A stretch of 64,000 nt of DNA from Candidatus Binataceae bacterium (GTDB taxonomy: Bacteria; Desulfobacterota; Binatia; Binatales; Binataceae), in contig JADMIL010000006.1 of the NCBI GenBank assembly GCA_015478645.1, positions 29,609-93,608 on the forward strand, given 5' to 3'. Shown one piece after another: positions 18,992 to 29,849 of the stretch (positions within the stretch are counted from its first letter, which is position 1; each line of letters opens with the position of its first letter). The position numbers and the translations under genes were made by a program. The notes under the pieces are model-generated. The model saw nothing but the letters and a program-made list of their open reading frames with translations, did not search any database and was not told the DNA's origin.

Positions 18992-20281
18992 ATGGTCGCG
19001 AACTTCATAATGCGGATAGCGGTGGCGCCAGCGGCGCTGGCCATTGCGATCACTTTGGCGGCGCCCGCCCGGGCGAGCGTCGCGGATACGCCCGTGCAAG
19101 TTGCCCGCACGACGCACCGAGCCCACGCCGTGCTGGCCCATCTCGACGAGGAAACCCTGCCCCCTGCGGAAGCGTCGGGGGGCGGCGCGCCAGCGGCAGG
19201 CGGATCCGCGCCGGGAGCCAGTTCCGCGCCAGCAGCAAGCCCCGCTACCGGAGACGACTGGCAGCAGGTTCCGTCCAACGAGAATTCCTCGGCGGCGCTC
19301 CCCCCTGCGCCGGGGCCATTGCCCGCGGCGACGCTTCCACCAGCGGCGACGCTTCCACCAGCGGCGACGCTGCCGCCAGCGACGGCACCCGGCGCGGCCG
19401 GCGGCGCTTCTGACAGCGCTAGTACAGGATCGCACGGCGCATCGAGCGCGCCCTCGAACAGGACGGCCACCGCGGGATCGGAAAACGCGGCCAGCGCGGG
19501 ATCAAGTGACGCGAACGACGCCGCGCCGACGGCCAGCGCCGCAGCGTCCGCGATGCCGCCGGCCGGCGGCCAGCGCACGGCCAGCGCCGCGATCAATCCC
19601 GACGCGCCCGCGCTGCACAATGCCAGCGTCGAAGCGCCGGAAAATGGACCGCCGCCCGCGCTCGACGTGGGCACTATCGCGGCGGGCCCCGATCTGAGCG
19701 ACTCTTCGCTGGCGCCGGAAATCAGCCGCGCGCCAACGCCGGCGATGGCCGCCTCGCTGCGCGTGACCGAAGAGGCGCGCAAAGAGCTGATGGCGGGTCA
19801 CGCCGACAACGCGATTCGCGATCTCGGCCGCGCGGTCTCAATCGATCCGGGCGATCCGTTCGAGTATTTCTATCTCGGGCGATCGTACATGGCGGAGAAC
19901 AACTACGATCAGGCGCTGACCTTCCTCGAACGGGCCGAAATCGGCTTCGCCGCGCGCCCCGAATGGCTGGGCGAGACGGTGGGCTTCGAGGGCGCCTGTT
20001 ACGAGGAGCAGGGCAAGCTGTCCGAGGCGGCCCTGGCCTATCAGCGCGCGGTCGGCGCAGCGCCCGCCAATCTGATGGCGCGGGTCGGCTACAGCCGGCT
20101 GGCGGCCAATCTGCCGCCGCCGAACCCCAATCCGCCCGCCGCGCCGGCCGAGGAATCGGCCGCACCGCCCAACGGCGACGCCGCCGAGCCTGCGCCCGAG
20201 GAGCTGCCGCCGCCCCCGCCGCCGCACGCCAATGAGGCGCCCGGGGTCGCGCCCGCCGCAAACGATCCGGGTACCGATTGA
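18992..20281 (+). CDS. Secreted Ala/Pro-rich low-complexity protein with C-terminal TPR repeats
   Basis: Signal peptide IAVAPAALAIAITLAAPARA, an (ATLPPA)x3 repeat, and the TPR-like AIRDLGRAVSIDPGDPFEYFYLGRSYMAENNYDQALTFLERA...GKLSEAALAYQRAV. Confidence 0.7.
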   Translation: MVANFIMRIAVAPAALAIAITLAAPARASVADTPVQVARTTHRAHAVLAHLDEETLPPAEASGGGAPAAGGSAPGASSAPAASPATGDDWQQVPSNENSSAALPPAPGPLPAATLPPAATLPPAATLPPATAPGAAGGASDSASTGSHGASSAPSNRTATAGSENAASAGSSDANDAAPTASAAASAMPPAGGQRTASAAINPDAPALHNASVEAPENGPPPALDVGTIAAGPDLSDSSLAPEISRAPTPAMAASLRVTEEARKELMAGHADNAIRDLGRAVSIDPGDPFEYFYLGRSYMAENNYDQALTFLERAEIGFAARPEWLGETVGFEGACYEEQGKLSEAALAYQRAVGAAPANLMARVGYSRLAANLPPPNPNPPAAPAEESAAPPNGDAAEPAPEELPPPPPPHANEAPGVAPAANDPGTD

Positions 20282-20308
20282 GGGGGCCGTCGGCGCGCCC
20301 ACACCACC

Positions 20309-21309
<1,001 letters not shown>

Positions 21310-21313
<4 letters not shown>

Positions 21314-22239
21314 CGCGTCCGCGCGCAGCGCCAAGGGTCGCCCGGCGCCTCGCCGGTCCCGCGGCCGACGGACCTATGGGCGCCGCCGCGCCGGCCGGAG
21401 CGCTCGCAATCGCCGGCGTGCAGCCGCACAAGTCGAAGGGCCAGAACTTTCTCGTCCAGCCGCGGGTCGCCGATCGGATCGTCGCGGCCGCCGCGATCGC
21501 GCCGGGCGACGCGGTGCTCGAGATCGGGCCGGGGCTCGGGATGCTCACCGAACGAATTGCCGCGCTCCCGGTCAGCCGCATCGTGCTGGTGGAACTCGAC
21601 GAGCGGCTCGCCGCCCGGCTTGCCGCGCGCTATGCGGACGACCGCCGTGTAACGATCGTCAACCGCGATTTCCTGGCGATCGACGCGCACGAGCTCGGCG
21701 GCACCGCGCCATATCGCGTGGTCGCGAACCTGCCATTCAACGCCGCCGCCGCGATCCTCGAGCGGCTGTGCGCGATGCATCCGCGGATCAGCCGGATGGT
21801 CCTGATGTTTCAGCGCGAGGTCGGCGAGCGGATTCGCGCCGCCACCGGCACGTCGGCCTATGGCGCGCTCAGCGCCTATACCGCGATCTACTGGAAGATC
21901 GCGGGCCATTTCCGGGTCGCCGCCGGCAGCTTCCACCCGCGGCCCAAGGTCGACGCCGAAGTCCTGAGCTTCGCGCCGCGCGATCCGCTGCCGTTCCATT
22001 CACTGGCCGGGGAACAGGCGCTACTGACGACGATTCGCGCGGCCTTTTGCGCCCCGCGCAAGACCTTGCGCAACGCGCTTGCGACGGCGCTCGCGCTCGA
22101 CGGGCCGGCGCTCGAGGCAGCGCTGGCGCGCGCCGCGATCGATCCGGCCGCGCGCGCGGCGACCCTCGCACTCGGCGATCTGATCCGGCTGGCGCACGCC
22201 CTGCCGCAGCCGCTGACGCTGAACCATCGCGATGCCTGA
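21310..22239 (+). CDS. rsmA: 16S rRNA (adenine1518/1519-N6)-dimethyltransferase
   Basis: KSKGQNFLVQPRVADRIV ... VLEIGPGLGMLTERI ... VANLPFN. GTG 21310 overlaps the tsaD stop (GTGA); an alternative ATG is at 21376. Confidence 0.88.
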
Positions 22240-23065
22240 GCTGCCGGAAGTCGAATCGCTGCGGCGGATTCTGGCCGCCTCCGCGACCGGCCGCAGCTTC
22301 ATTGCCGCGATCGTCCGCGAGCCGCGCCTGCGCCGCGCGGTCACGCCCGATTTTGCCGCGTCGATTATTGGCCGCACGATCGAGACGGTCGGCCGCCGCG
22401 CGAAATACCTGATGATCGAACTGGGCGGCGGCGATCTGCTGATGGTCCATCTCGGGATGAGCGGCAGCCTGACCCATCGGCGCGCCGGCCGCGACAACGA
22501 GCCGTTCGATCCGCGCCACGACCATCTCGAGTTCACACTCGACGACGGCAGCCGGCTGGTCTACAACGACCCGCGCCGCTTCGGCCTGATCAAACTGGTG
22601 GCGCGCGCCGACCTCGCGGCGATCGCGGAGCTGCGCGGACTCGGCCCCGAGCCGTTCGCCGCCGAATTCTGCACAGACTATTTGTGGCGCGTCACGCGCG
22701 GGCGCAGGGGCGCGATCAAGAACCTGCTGATGGACCAGCGGATCGTCGCCGGCGTGGGTAATATCTATGCCTCCGAGATTCTGTTCCGCGCCCGCGTGCG
22801 GCCGACACGCCGGGCCGGCAAGGTCACCCGCGCCGAGCTCGCGCGGATCGCCGCGATTACGCCCGCCGTGCTGCACGAAGCGATCGGCAGCGGCGGCACC
22901 ACCTTTCGCAGCTATCGCGACGGGCGCGGCCAGCCCGGCCGCTATGCGCCGCGCCTGCTGGTCTACGATCGCGAGGGCCAGCCATGCCGCGAATGCGCCA
23001 CGCCGATTCGTGCGGTGACGGTCGGCCAGCGCTCGAGCTTCTATTGCCCGCACTGCCAGAAATAG
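22232..23065 (+). CDS. mutM: Formamidopyrimidine-DNA glycosylase
   Basis: N-terminal MPELPEVE and C-terminal zinc finger CRECATPI...FYCPHCQ. Overlaps the rsmA end by 8 bp. Confidence 0.93.
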   Translation: MPELPEVESLRRILAASATGRSFIAAIVREPRLRRAVTPDFAASIIGRTIETVGRRAKYLMIELGGGDLLMVHLGMSGSLTHRRAGRDNEPFDPRHDHLEFTLDDGSRLVYNDPRRFGLIKLVARADLAAIAELRGLGPEPFAAEFCTDYLWRVTRGRRGAIKNLLMDQRIVAGVGNIYASEILFRARVRPTRRAGKVTRAELARIAAITPAVLHEAIGSGGTTFRSYRDGRGQPGRYAPRLLVYDREGQPCRECATPIRAVTVGQRSSFYCPHCQK

Positions 23066-23068
23066 CGC

Positions 23069-23148
23069 CGGGCATGGGGTGCGGGCGAGTCTGCGCAGCC
23101 GCGGTTTACGGGCATGGGGTGCGGGCGAGTCTGCGCAGCCGCGGTTTA
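23069..23148. repeat. Perfect 40-bp x2 tandem repeat (repeat family 2)
   Basis: CGGGCATGGGGTGCGGGCGAGTCTGCGCAGCCGCGGTTTA occurs at 23069-23108 and again at 23109-23148. Related inverted copies lie at 35146-35184 and 35265-35291. Confidence 0.92.
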
Positions 23149-23284
23149 AAAGAGAGCGCGAGACATCATGGAACTATCCCCGCCGCGCACGTAAGCTTGA
23201 CCGCGTGATCGCAAACCGCGCCGAAATTTCCCCCGCTGCGCGCGCCGCCCGCGCAGATCGGCACTCCCGCCAAGGGCCGACGGC

Positions 23285-24163
23285 ATGATCGATCTCCCGC
23301 GCGGCCTCGGCGCACTGTTCGCCTTTGCGATCGGCGCCTGCATCGGCAGCTTCGTCAACGTGGTGGCCTACCGGATCCCGCGCGAGATCTCGATCGCCGC
23401 ACCGCCCTCGTACTGTCCGCATTGCAACCAGCCGCTTCCATGGCGCGCCAACATCCCGATATTCGCCTATCTCGGCCTGCGCGGACGCTGCCTGATGTGC
23501 GGCGGGCCGATCGCCGCGCGCTACTTCGTGACCGAAATCGCGCTTGCGAGCGCCGCACTCGCCCTGTTCCTCACCTATGCGCCGGCCGACGCCGCGGCGC
23601 GCTTCGTGCTGATCGCGGCGCTTTACACGATTGCCCTGATCGATTACGACTGGCGCGTCATTCCCAACTTCATCACCTTCGCCGGAATCCCGATCGGCAT
23701 CGCCGCGGCGTGGCTCGCGATCCCCGAGGTCGGCCTGCGCAGTTCGCTGATTGGCGTCGCGGTCGGCGCCGGCTTTCTCTTCCTCACCGGCGAGGCCTAC
23801 CTGTTGATTCGCGGACAGGAGGGCGTCGGGATGGGCGATGTATGGCTGCTCGGGATGGTCGGTGCGTTCATCGGCTGGCCGGGCGTGATCTTCACGATTT
23901 TCACCGGCTCGATCCTGGGCGCGATCGGTGGCCTCGCCTTCGCGATGACCGGAGGTGCGCCGGTGCCGCCCGAAGCGGTCGTGCCCGAGGCGATCGCGGA
24001 GGTCACCGCCGAGCGGCGCGGCACGCGTCCGGCAGCCACGGAGGAGGGCGGCGAAGCCTCGCTGATGCAGACCGAGGTGCCGTTCGGACCGTTTCTGGCG
24101 CTGGCCGCGTCGATCTACACGATGTTTCAGCCGGCGCTGGCGCACTGGTATCTTTCTCAATGA
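23285..24163 (+). CDS. pilD: Prepilin peptidase / N-methyltransferase (A24 family)
   Basis: Zn-ribbon CPHCNQPLPWRANIPIFAYLGLRGRCLMCG, multiple TM segments, GMGDVWLLG and FGPFLALA motifs. Confidence 0.85.
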   Translation: MIDLPRGLGALFAFAIGACIGSFVNVVAYRIPREISIAAPPSYCPHCNQPLPWRANIPIFAYLGLRGRCLMCGGPIAARYFVTEIALASAALALFLTYAPADAAARFVLIAALYTIALIDYDWRVIPNFITFAGIPIGIAAAWLAIPEVGLRSSLIGVAVGAGFLFLTGEAYLLIRGQEGVGMGDVWLLGMVGAFIGWPGVIFTIFTGSILGAIGGLAFAMTGGAPVPPEAVVPEAIAEVTAERRGTRPAATEEGGEASLMQTEVPFGPFLALAASIYTMFQPALAHWYLSQ

Positions 24164-24801
24164 TGGCAACCGGTCGATTTATCACGCTCGAGGGCGTCGA
24201 GGGCTCCGGCAAGACCACCCAGGCCGCGCTGGTGGCCGACGCGCTGCGCGCCCGCGGACGGCGCGTGACGGTCACTCATGAGCCGGGTGGCACGCGCGCC
24301 GGCGAAGCGATACGCGCGATCTTTCTTGACCCCGCCGTATCGCTGGTGGTCGCCGCCGAACTGCTGCTGGTGCTGGCCGATCGCGCCCAGCATGTGCGCG
24401 AACGGCTCCAGCCGGCGATCGCCGCGGGCGATGTCGTGATCTCGGACCGCTACTCGGATTCCACCGTCGCCTACCAGGGCTACGGCCGCGGCTTCGACCT
24501 GAAGCTGCTCGCTGATTTGAACGCGCTGGCGAGCGACGCGATGCGTCCCGACGCGACCTTCGTGCTCGATTGCGACGTCGAGACCGGGCTGGCCCGCACC
24601 CGCGCGCGGGTCCGCGGCGGAGTGCGCGCGCCCGACCGCTTCGAGGGCGAGGTGGTCGAGTTCCATCGCCGCGTGCGCGAGGGCTTTCTGGCGATCGCGC
24701 GGGCCGAACCCGGCCGCGTCACGGTGCTCGACGCGACCGCCGAGATCGCCATAATCACGGCGCGTATCGCCGACGCGATCGACGCCCTAATGGCGCACTG
24801 A
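24160..24801 (+). CDS. tmk: Thymidylate kinase
   Basis: P-loop FITLEGVEGSGKTTQ, then THEPGGT and DRYSDSTVAYQG. The start overlaps the pilD stop. Only the 3' part of track ORF 23422..24801 is used. Confidence 0.9.
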   Translation: MMATGRFITLEGVEGSGKTTQAALVADALRARGRRVTVTHEPGGTRAGEAIRAIFLDPAVSLVVAAELLLVLADRAQHVRERLQPAIAAGDVVISDRYSDSTVAYQGYGRGFDLKLLADLNALASDAMRPDATFVLDCDVETGLARTRARVRGGVRAPDRFEGEVVEFHRRVREGFLAIARAEPGRVTVLDATAEIAIITARIADAIDALMAH

Positions 24802-25883
24802 TGCCGCTTGCGGGAATCGCCGGTAATCGCGAGCTGATCGGCGGGCTCGAAGCCGAATTCGCGCGCCGCCCGGCGCATGCCTACCTCTTCGCCGGGCCAC
24901 GCGGCGTGGGCAAAGTGCTGGTCGCCAAGGGTCTCGTGCATAATTTGCTGTGCGAGCGCGCACCCGGCCCCGGCTTCTGCTGCGATCCCGCGCGCTGCCC
25001 GACGCGGCTTGCGATCGGCGCGCCGGCGGCCCGCGCCCGCGCCAACGCCCCGGCCCCGCCGCGCTGCGGATGCTGCTCCGGATGCGTGCAGGTGGCGCTC
25101 GGCGTTCATCCGGATTTCATCAGCGTGGCGCGCCAGCCCAATCGCACCGATCTGCTGATCGAGCAGGTCCGCGACCTGATCGATCGGCTGGGCGTGCGGC
25201 CGGCTCGCGGCCCGCGCCGTGTCGCGGTTATCGACGACGCCGAGACGCTCAATCTGCCGGCGCAAAACGCCCTGCTCAAAACGCTCGAGGAGCCGCCCGG
25301 CCACACCATGATAATCATGGTCACGCAAAGCGAACGCGCGCTGCTCGATACCGTGCGCTCGCGGACCCGTCCGGTGCGCTTCGGACCGCTGACGCCGGCC
25401 GAGATCGCCGGCGTGCTGACCGCGGATCATCAGGTTGACGCGGCCCGCGCCGCGACGATTGCACCGCTCGCCCGCGGCAGCATGAGTATTGCGCTCGCGC
25501 TGGCCGGGGGCGCCGCGCCGCCGGCCGCCGCGATGATCGACGCGCTCGGCCAGGCGCCTGCGCTGGATTTTGCCGCGATCCAGGCACTGGCCCAGGAATT
25601 CTTTGGTGCACGCGATCAGGCGGTGGGAAATTTCGAGCTAATCGCACGGCTGCTTGAGGAAATGCTATGCTTCAAGCTGATCGCGGCGGAAATCACCGCG
25701 CCCTCGCCCGAGGCCGCCCGCGCGATGGCGGAGATCGCCGTGCGCAGTGACGCGGCGGCGCTTGCGCGGCTGGCCGAGGCGGCGCTCGGCGCGGCCGGCG
25801 CGGTTGACGCGATGGCAAATTCGCGCCTCCAGGCGGAGCAATTCTGGATCGCCGCGGGGCGCGAGCTGGGCGCGCGATCGTAA
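24801..25883 (+). CDS. holB: DNA polymerase III delta-prime subunit
   Basis: AHAYLFAGPRGVGK, Zn-module cysteines, IDDAETLNLPAQNALLKTLEEPP, and SRTRPVRF (sensor). ATGA overlap with tmk. Confidence 0.8.
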   Translation: MPLAGIAGNRELIGGLEAEFARRPAHAYLFAGPRGVGKVLVAKGLVHNLLCERAPGPGFCCDPARCPTRLAIGAPAARARANAPAPPRCGCCSGCVQVALGVHPDFISVARQPNRTDLLIEQVRDLIDRLGVRPARGPRRVAVIDDAETLNLPAQNALLKTLEEPPGHTMIIMVTQSERALLDTVRSRTRPVRFGPLTPAEIAGVLTADHQVDAARAATIAPLARGSMSIALALAGGAAPPAAAMIDALGQAPALDFAAIQALAQEFFGARDQAVGNFELIARLLEEMLCFKLIAAEITAPSPEAARAMAEIAVRSDAAALARLAEAALGAAGAVDAMANSRLQAEQFWIAAGRELGARS

Positions 25884-25907
25884 GTGCCCGATAGCAGGGG
25901 GTAAGCA

Positions 25908-26762
25908 GTGGCCGGCGACATTGATCCTTTTGAGAGCGGCAGCGACGGCACCCGGATCGTCGCCGTCAGCATGCAGCACGCGGGCCACCTGCTGAACTAC
26001 CTGGCCGGTACGCTCGCCCTCAAGCGCGGCGATCGCGTGCTGGTCGAAAGTGAAGCCGGCACCCGTATCGGAATCGTCGAAGTCGAGCCGCACGAACCGG
26101 CCCAGACGCTTGATCTCAGCTCGATGCGCCCGGTCGTGCGCCTGGCCGACGATCGCGACTTCCGCCTCGAGGAAGACACGCTTAGCCGCGAGCAGCAGGG
26201 CGAGCGCCTGTGCGTCACGCGCATCCGCGAGCGCGGCCTGGCGATGAAGCTGGTGCGGGTTGATTACACCTACGACGGACGCAAGGCGATCTTTTATTTC
26301 ACCGCCGAAAACCGCGTCGACTTCCGCGACCTGGTGCGCGACCTGGCCAACACCCTGCGCGTGCGCGTCGAGATGAAACAGATTGGCGCGCGCGACGAGA
26401 CCAAGGTCACCGGCGGGATCGGTCCGTGCGGACGCGAGTTGTGCTGCTCGTCATGGCTGCGCGACTTCGAGGCGGTCACCGTCAAGATGGCGCGCGACCA
26501 GGGGCTGGCGCTCAATCCGTCGCGGCTGGCCGGGATGTGCGGACGGCTCAAGTGCTGCCTGCGCTATGAATATGCCACCTATGTCGAACTCAAGCGCGCG
26601 CTGCCCAATCTCGGCCGGCGCGTCGAATCGGTCCAGGGCGCCGGCAAGGTCATTCGCCAGAATATCCTCAAGCAGACCGTGCTGATTCAGCGCGAGGAAG
26701 ACGGCGGCGTGGTCGAGGCCACGCTCGACGACCTGGTCGACAACCGTCCGGCGCGCAACTGA
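25908..26762 (+). CDS. PSP1-domain protein (YaaT/RicT-like)
   Basis: KLVRVDYTYDGRKAIFYFTAENRVDFRDLVRDLANTLRVRVEMKQIGARDE...GPCGRELCCSSWL. GTG start preceded by AGGGGG. Confidence 0.85.
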   Translation: MAGDIDPFESGSDGTRIVAVSMQHAGHLLNYLAGTLALKRGDRVLVESEAGTRIGIVEVEPHEPAQTLDLSSMRPVVRLADDRDFRLEEDTLSREQQGERLCVTRIRERGLAMKLVRVDYTYDGRKAIFYFTAENRVDFRDLVRDLANTLRVRVEMKQIGARDETKVTGGIGPCGRELCCSSWLRDFEAVTVKMARDQGLALNPSRLAGMCGRLKCCLRYEYATYVELKRALPNLGRRVESVQGAGKVIRQNILKQTVLIQREEDGGVVEATLDDLVDNRPARN

Positions 26763-26813
26763 CGCGCGGCCGTCCGCCGCCGCGTCCGCGCAATTGCCCA
26801 TCGATCAATCCTC

Positions 26814-28403
26814 ATGGCCGAACCGATCCATCTCACCACCGCGATTTTCTACTGCAACGGCACGCCGCATGTCGGCAGCGCCTACGAAGCCTTGGCCGCC
26901 GACGTGTTTGCGCGATGCCAGCGGCGGCGCCGCGGACGCGCCCAGGTCTCGTTCCTCAGCGGCACCGACGAGCATGGCGACAAGATTCGCCGTGCGGCGA
27001 TCGCCGAGGGCCTCACGCCCAAGGCCTACACCGACAAGATGTCGGTGCTGTTCCGCGACGCCTTCGCCGGCCTCAATATCGATCTCGACTACTGGGTGCG
27101 CACCACCGACGCGGTGCACGAAAAGTTCGTTCAGCAGATGCTCCTGGCGACGCGCGCGCAGGGGAATATCGAATTCAAGGAGTACGAGGGGCTCTACTGC
27201 GTCGGCTGCGAGCGCTTCTACACCGAAAAGGAATTGCTGCCGGGCAACCTCTGCCCCACCCATAACACGCCGGTCGAACTGATCCGCGAGAGCAATTATT
27301 TTCTCAAGATCGATCGGTTTCGCGAGCAGGTGCGCGATCTGATCAAGCGCGACCAGCTCCTGATCCGTCCCGAGCGCTACAAGAACGAGGCGCTCAACAT
27401 GCTCGCCGAGCCGCTCAGCGATCTGTGCATCTCGCGGCCCAAGGCGCGCATGGATTGGGGTATCGAGCTGCCGTTCGACGGCAACTACGTCACCTACGTC
27501 TGGTACGACGCCTTCTGGGCGTACGTCAGCGAGCCGGCCAGCCGCCTGGGCCTCGACGAGTTTATGCGCGATCGCTGGCCGCATACCGAACACTTCATCG
27601 GCAAGGATATTCTCAAGACGCATGCGGTCTACTGGCCGGCCATCCTGATGGCCGCCGGGCTCCCGCTGTTCCGCAGCCTCAACGTTCACGGATGGCTGAA
27701 TTTCGGCGGCTCGCGGATGTCGAAAAGCTCCGGCAACGTGCGCGATCCCGTCACCTACGAGCAGGCCTTCGGACCCGACGTGCTGCGCTACTTCGTGATG
27801 CGCGAGGTGGTCTATGGGCTCGACGGCGATTTCTCCGAGGAGCGGCTGACCGATCGCTACAACGCCGACCTGGCCAACGATCTCGGCAACTTCACCAGCC
27901 GCGTCCTCGCGATGGCGCAGCGCTATTTCAATGGCGAAATCACCCAGGTGCCCAAACTCGAAAGCGCCGCCGACGCGACCGATCTGATCGGTACGGCCGC
28001 GCATAAGCTCTCCGCCTGCTTCGGCGTCGACGGGGCCGCACTGGATCGTAAAGTCATTGCGGCCGTTGACAATCTGGACTTCAAGGGGGCACTCGAAACA
28101 ATTTGGCAGACGCTCGACGCGGCCAACAAATATATCGTCGCGACCGCGCCATTCAGTCTCGCAAAAGATCCGGAAAAGATGCCGCAGGTCGCGCAGATCC
28201 TCGCCAATCTGCTCGAAGCGCTGCGCGTAATCGCCGATGCACTCGAACCGTTCATGCCGGTCACCGCACGCAAGATCTTCGCGATGCTCAAGGTCGACGA
28301 CGCGACCGCGCGCCTGCCCTATGGCGAGGGGCTCAAGCCCGGCCATCAGGTTAATCCGCCGGTCGCGCTCTTTCCGCGCCGCGAGAAGCCCGCCGCCGCC
28401 TGA
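26814..28403 (+). CDS. metG: Methionine--tRNA ligase (short form)
   Basis: HIGH-region GTPHVGSAYE, Zn knuckle CVGCERFY...CPTH, and KMSKS variant SRMSKSSGN. Confidence 0.95.
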   Translation: MAEPIHLTTAIFYCNGTPHVGSAYEALAADVFARCQRRRRGRAQVSFLSGTDEHGDKIRRAAIAEGLTPKAYTDKMSVLFRDAFAGLNIDLDYWVRTTDAVHEKFVQQMLLATRAQGNIEFKEYEGLYCVGCERFYTEKELLPGNLCPTHNTPVELIRESNYFLKIDRFREQVRDLIKRDQLLIRPERYKNEALNMLAEPLSDLCISRPKARMDWGIELPFDGNYVTYVWYDAFWAYVSEPASRLGLDEFMRDRWPHTEHFIGKDILKTHAVYWPAILMAAGLPLFRSLNVHGWLNFGGSRMSKSSGNVRDPVTYEQAFGPDVLRYFVMREVVYGLDGDFSEERLTDRYNADLANDLGNFTSRVLAMAQRYFNGEITQVPKLESAADATDLIGTAAHKLSACFGVDGAALDRKVIAAVDNLDFKGALETIWQTLDAANKYIVATAPFSLAKDPEKMPQVAQILANLLEALRVIADALEPFMPVTARKIFAMLKVDDATARLPYGEGLKPGHQVNPPVALFPRREKPAAA

Positions 28404-28406
28404 ACC

Positions 28407-29186
28407 GTGCTGGTCGATACGCACTGCCATCTCGCCGACCCGAAACTGCGCGGCGAAGTTGACGCGATCGTCGCGCGCGCACACGCCGCTGGCGTTGGCC
28501 GGATGATCTCGGTTGGCGCGATCGGCACCATCGAAACCGATCGCGCGACGGTCGCGATCGCCGAAGCCAATCCCGGCGTCTTCGCGGCGATCGGCGTGCA
28601 TCCCCATGACGCCAAGGATTGCGACGCCGCACGTATAGCGGCGTTGCGCGAGCTGGCACGGTCGCCCAAAGTGGTCGCGATCGGCGAGAGCGGCCTCGAC
28701 TTCCATTACCTGCATTCGCCGACCGCCGCGCAGGAAGATGCGCTACGCCGCCATCTCGAACTCGCCGCCGAACTCGACCGCCCGATCGTCATCCATTGCC
28801 GCAACGCCGAGGCGCGGCTGGCCGCGATCGTGGGCGCGGCCGGGATACCGCCGCGCGGCGGCGTGATCCATTGCTTCACCGGCGACAGCGCCGCGGCGCG
28901 CGACTTTCTCGCGCTCGGCTTTTACCTTTCGTTCGCGGGCATCCTGACCTTCAAAAACGCCGCGGCATCTCGCGCGGCGGCGGCGATCGTGCCCAACGAT
29001 CGCCTGCTGATCGAGACCGACTCACCCTATCTGGCGCCCGAGCCGATACGCGGGCGGACCAATGAACCGGCCTTCGTCGGGCGCACGTTTGACGCGCTGG
29101 TGCGGGTGCGCAACGCCGACCGCGGCGCGCTGGCCGCGATGCTTGCCGCCAACGCGGCGCGCCTGTTCCACCTCGGCGCCGAGTAG
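28407..29186 (+). CDS. tatD: TatD-family metal-dependent hydrolase
   Basis: VDTHCHL, GESGLDFHY, PIVIHCR, IHCFTG and ETDSPYL motifs. Confidence 0.9.
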   Translation: MLVDTHCHLADPKLRGEVDAIVARAHAAGVGRMISVGAIGTIETDRATVAIAEANPGVFAAIGVHPHDAKDCDAARIAALRELARSPKVVAIGESGLDFHYLHSPTAAQEDALRRHLELAAELDRPIVIHCRNAEARLAAIVGAAGIPPRGGVIHCFTGDSAAARDFLALGFYLSFAGILTFKNAAASRAAAAIVPNDRLLIETDSPYLAPEPIRGRTNEPAFVGRTFDALVRVRNADRGALAAMLAANAARLFHLGAE

Positions 29187-29338
29187 CCCGGCGCGGCGCC
29201 GCCGGCGGTGCAATTCGTTTACGCGAAGCGCCCGGCCCGGCAACTTGCTTCGCCGCCCGCGAACCAATCCTGTGCGCCGCGAAATTCCGCGCGTGCGATA
29301 CTTCACGCCCGAACCGACGCGGGGTTATAACCCGGTGG

Positions 29339-29845
29339 ATGGCCGTGTCGAATTCCATTGAGTTGCCGCCGCCCTTTGAGGAGGCGGTGGCGCGCCACGA
29401 GCGCGAGATCATGCGCTTTCTGGTGCGCACGACGCGCGATCGCGAAGACGCGCTCGATCTCTTTCAGGAGACCTGGCTGCGCGCCTACCGCGCCTATCCC
29501 AAGCTCGATTCGGCGGCCGGCCTGCGGCCGTGGCTGTTTCGCATCGCGACCAATCTCTGTCTTAACCGCGCGCGCGGGCGGATGCGGCGGGCGCGCGTCT
29601 TTGCCGACGAGCAGCCCGATATCGGCCGCTGGAGCGCGTCCGCCAACGGCGATCACACGGCCGTGCTCGAACTCAAGTCGGCGATTGCGGGACTGCCCGA
29701 CAAGCAGCGCCAGGCGCTGGTGATGCGCAAGTTCGGCGGCCTCGAGTACGCCGCGATCGCCGCCGCCCTGGATTGCTCGCCGGAGAGTGCGCGGGCCGGC
29801 GTTTACCAGGCGCTCAAGAAACTCAAGGCCGCAACGGAGAGATAG
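29339..29845 (+). CDS. ECF-type sigma-70 family RNA polymerase sigma factor
   Basis: Region 2 DALDLFQETWLRAYRAY...LRPWLFRIATNLCLNRAR. Region 4 LPDKQRQALVMRKFGGLEYAAIAAALDCSPESARAGVYQALKKL. Confidence 0.87.
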   Translation: MAVSNSIELPPPFEEAVARHEREIMRFLVRTTRDREDALDLFQETWLRAYRAYPKLDSAAGLRPWLFRIATNLCLNRARGRMRRARVFADEQPDIGRWSASANGDHTAVLELKSAIAGLPDKQRQALVMRKFGGLEYAAIAAALDCSPESARAGVYQALKKLKAATER

Positions 29846-29849
29846 GATC

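Noticed and set aside
23422-24801. 459-aa ORF spanning pilD and tmk.
   Set aside because: The first ~245 codons are an off-frame read through pilD. The thymidylate kinase starts at ATG 24160 with its P-loop immediately after.
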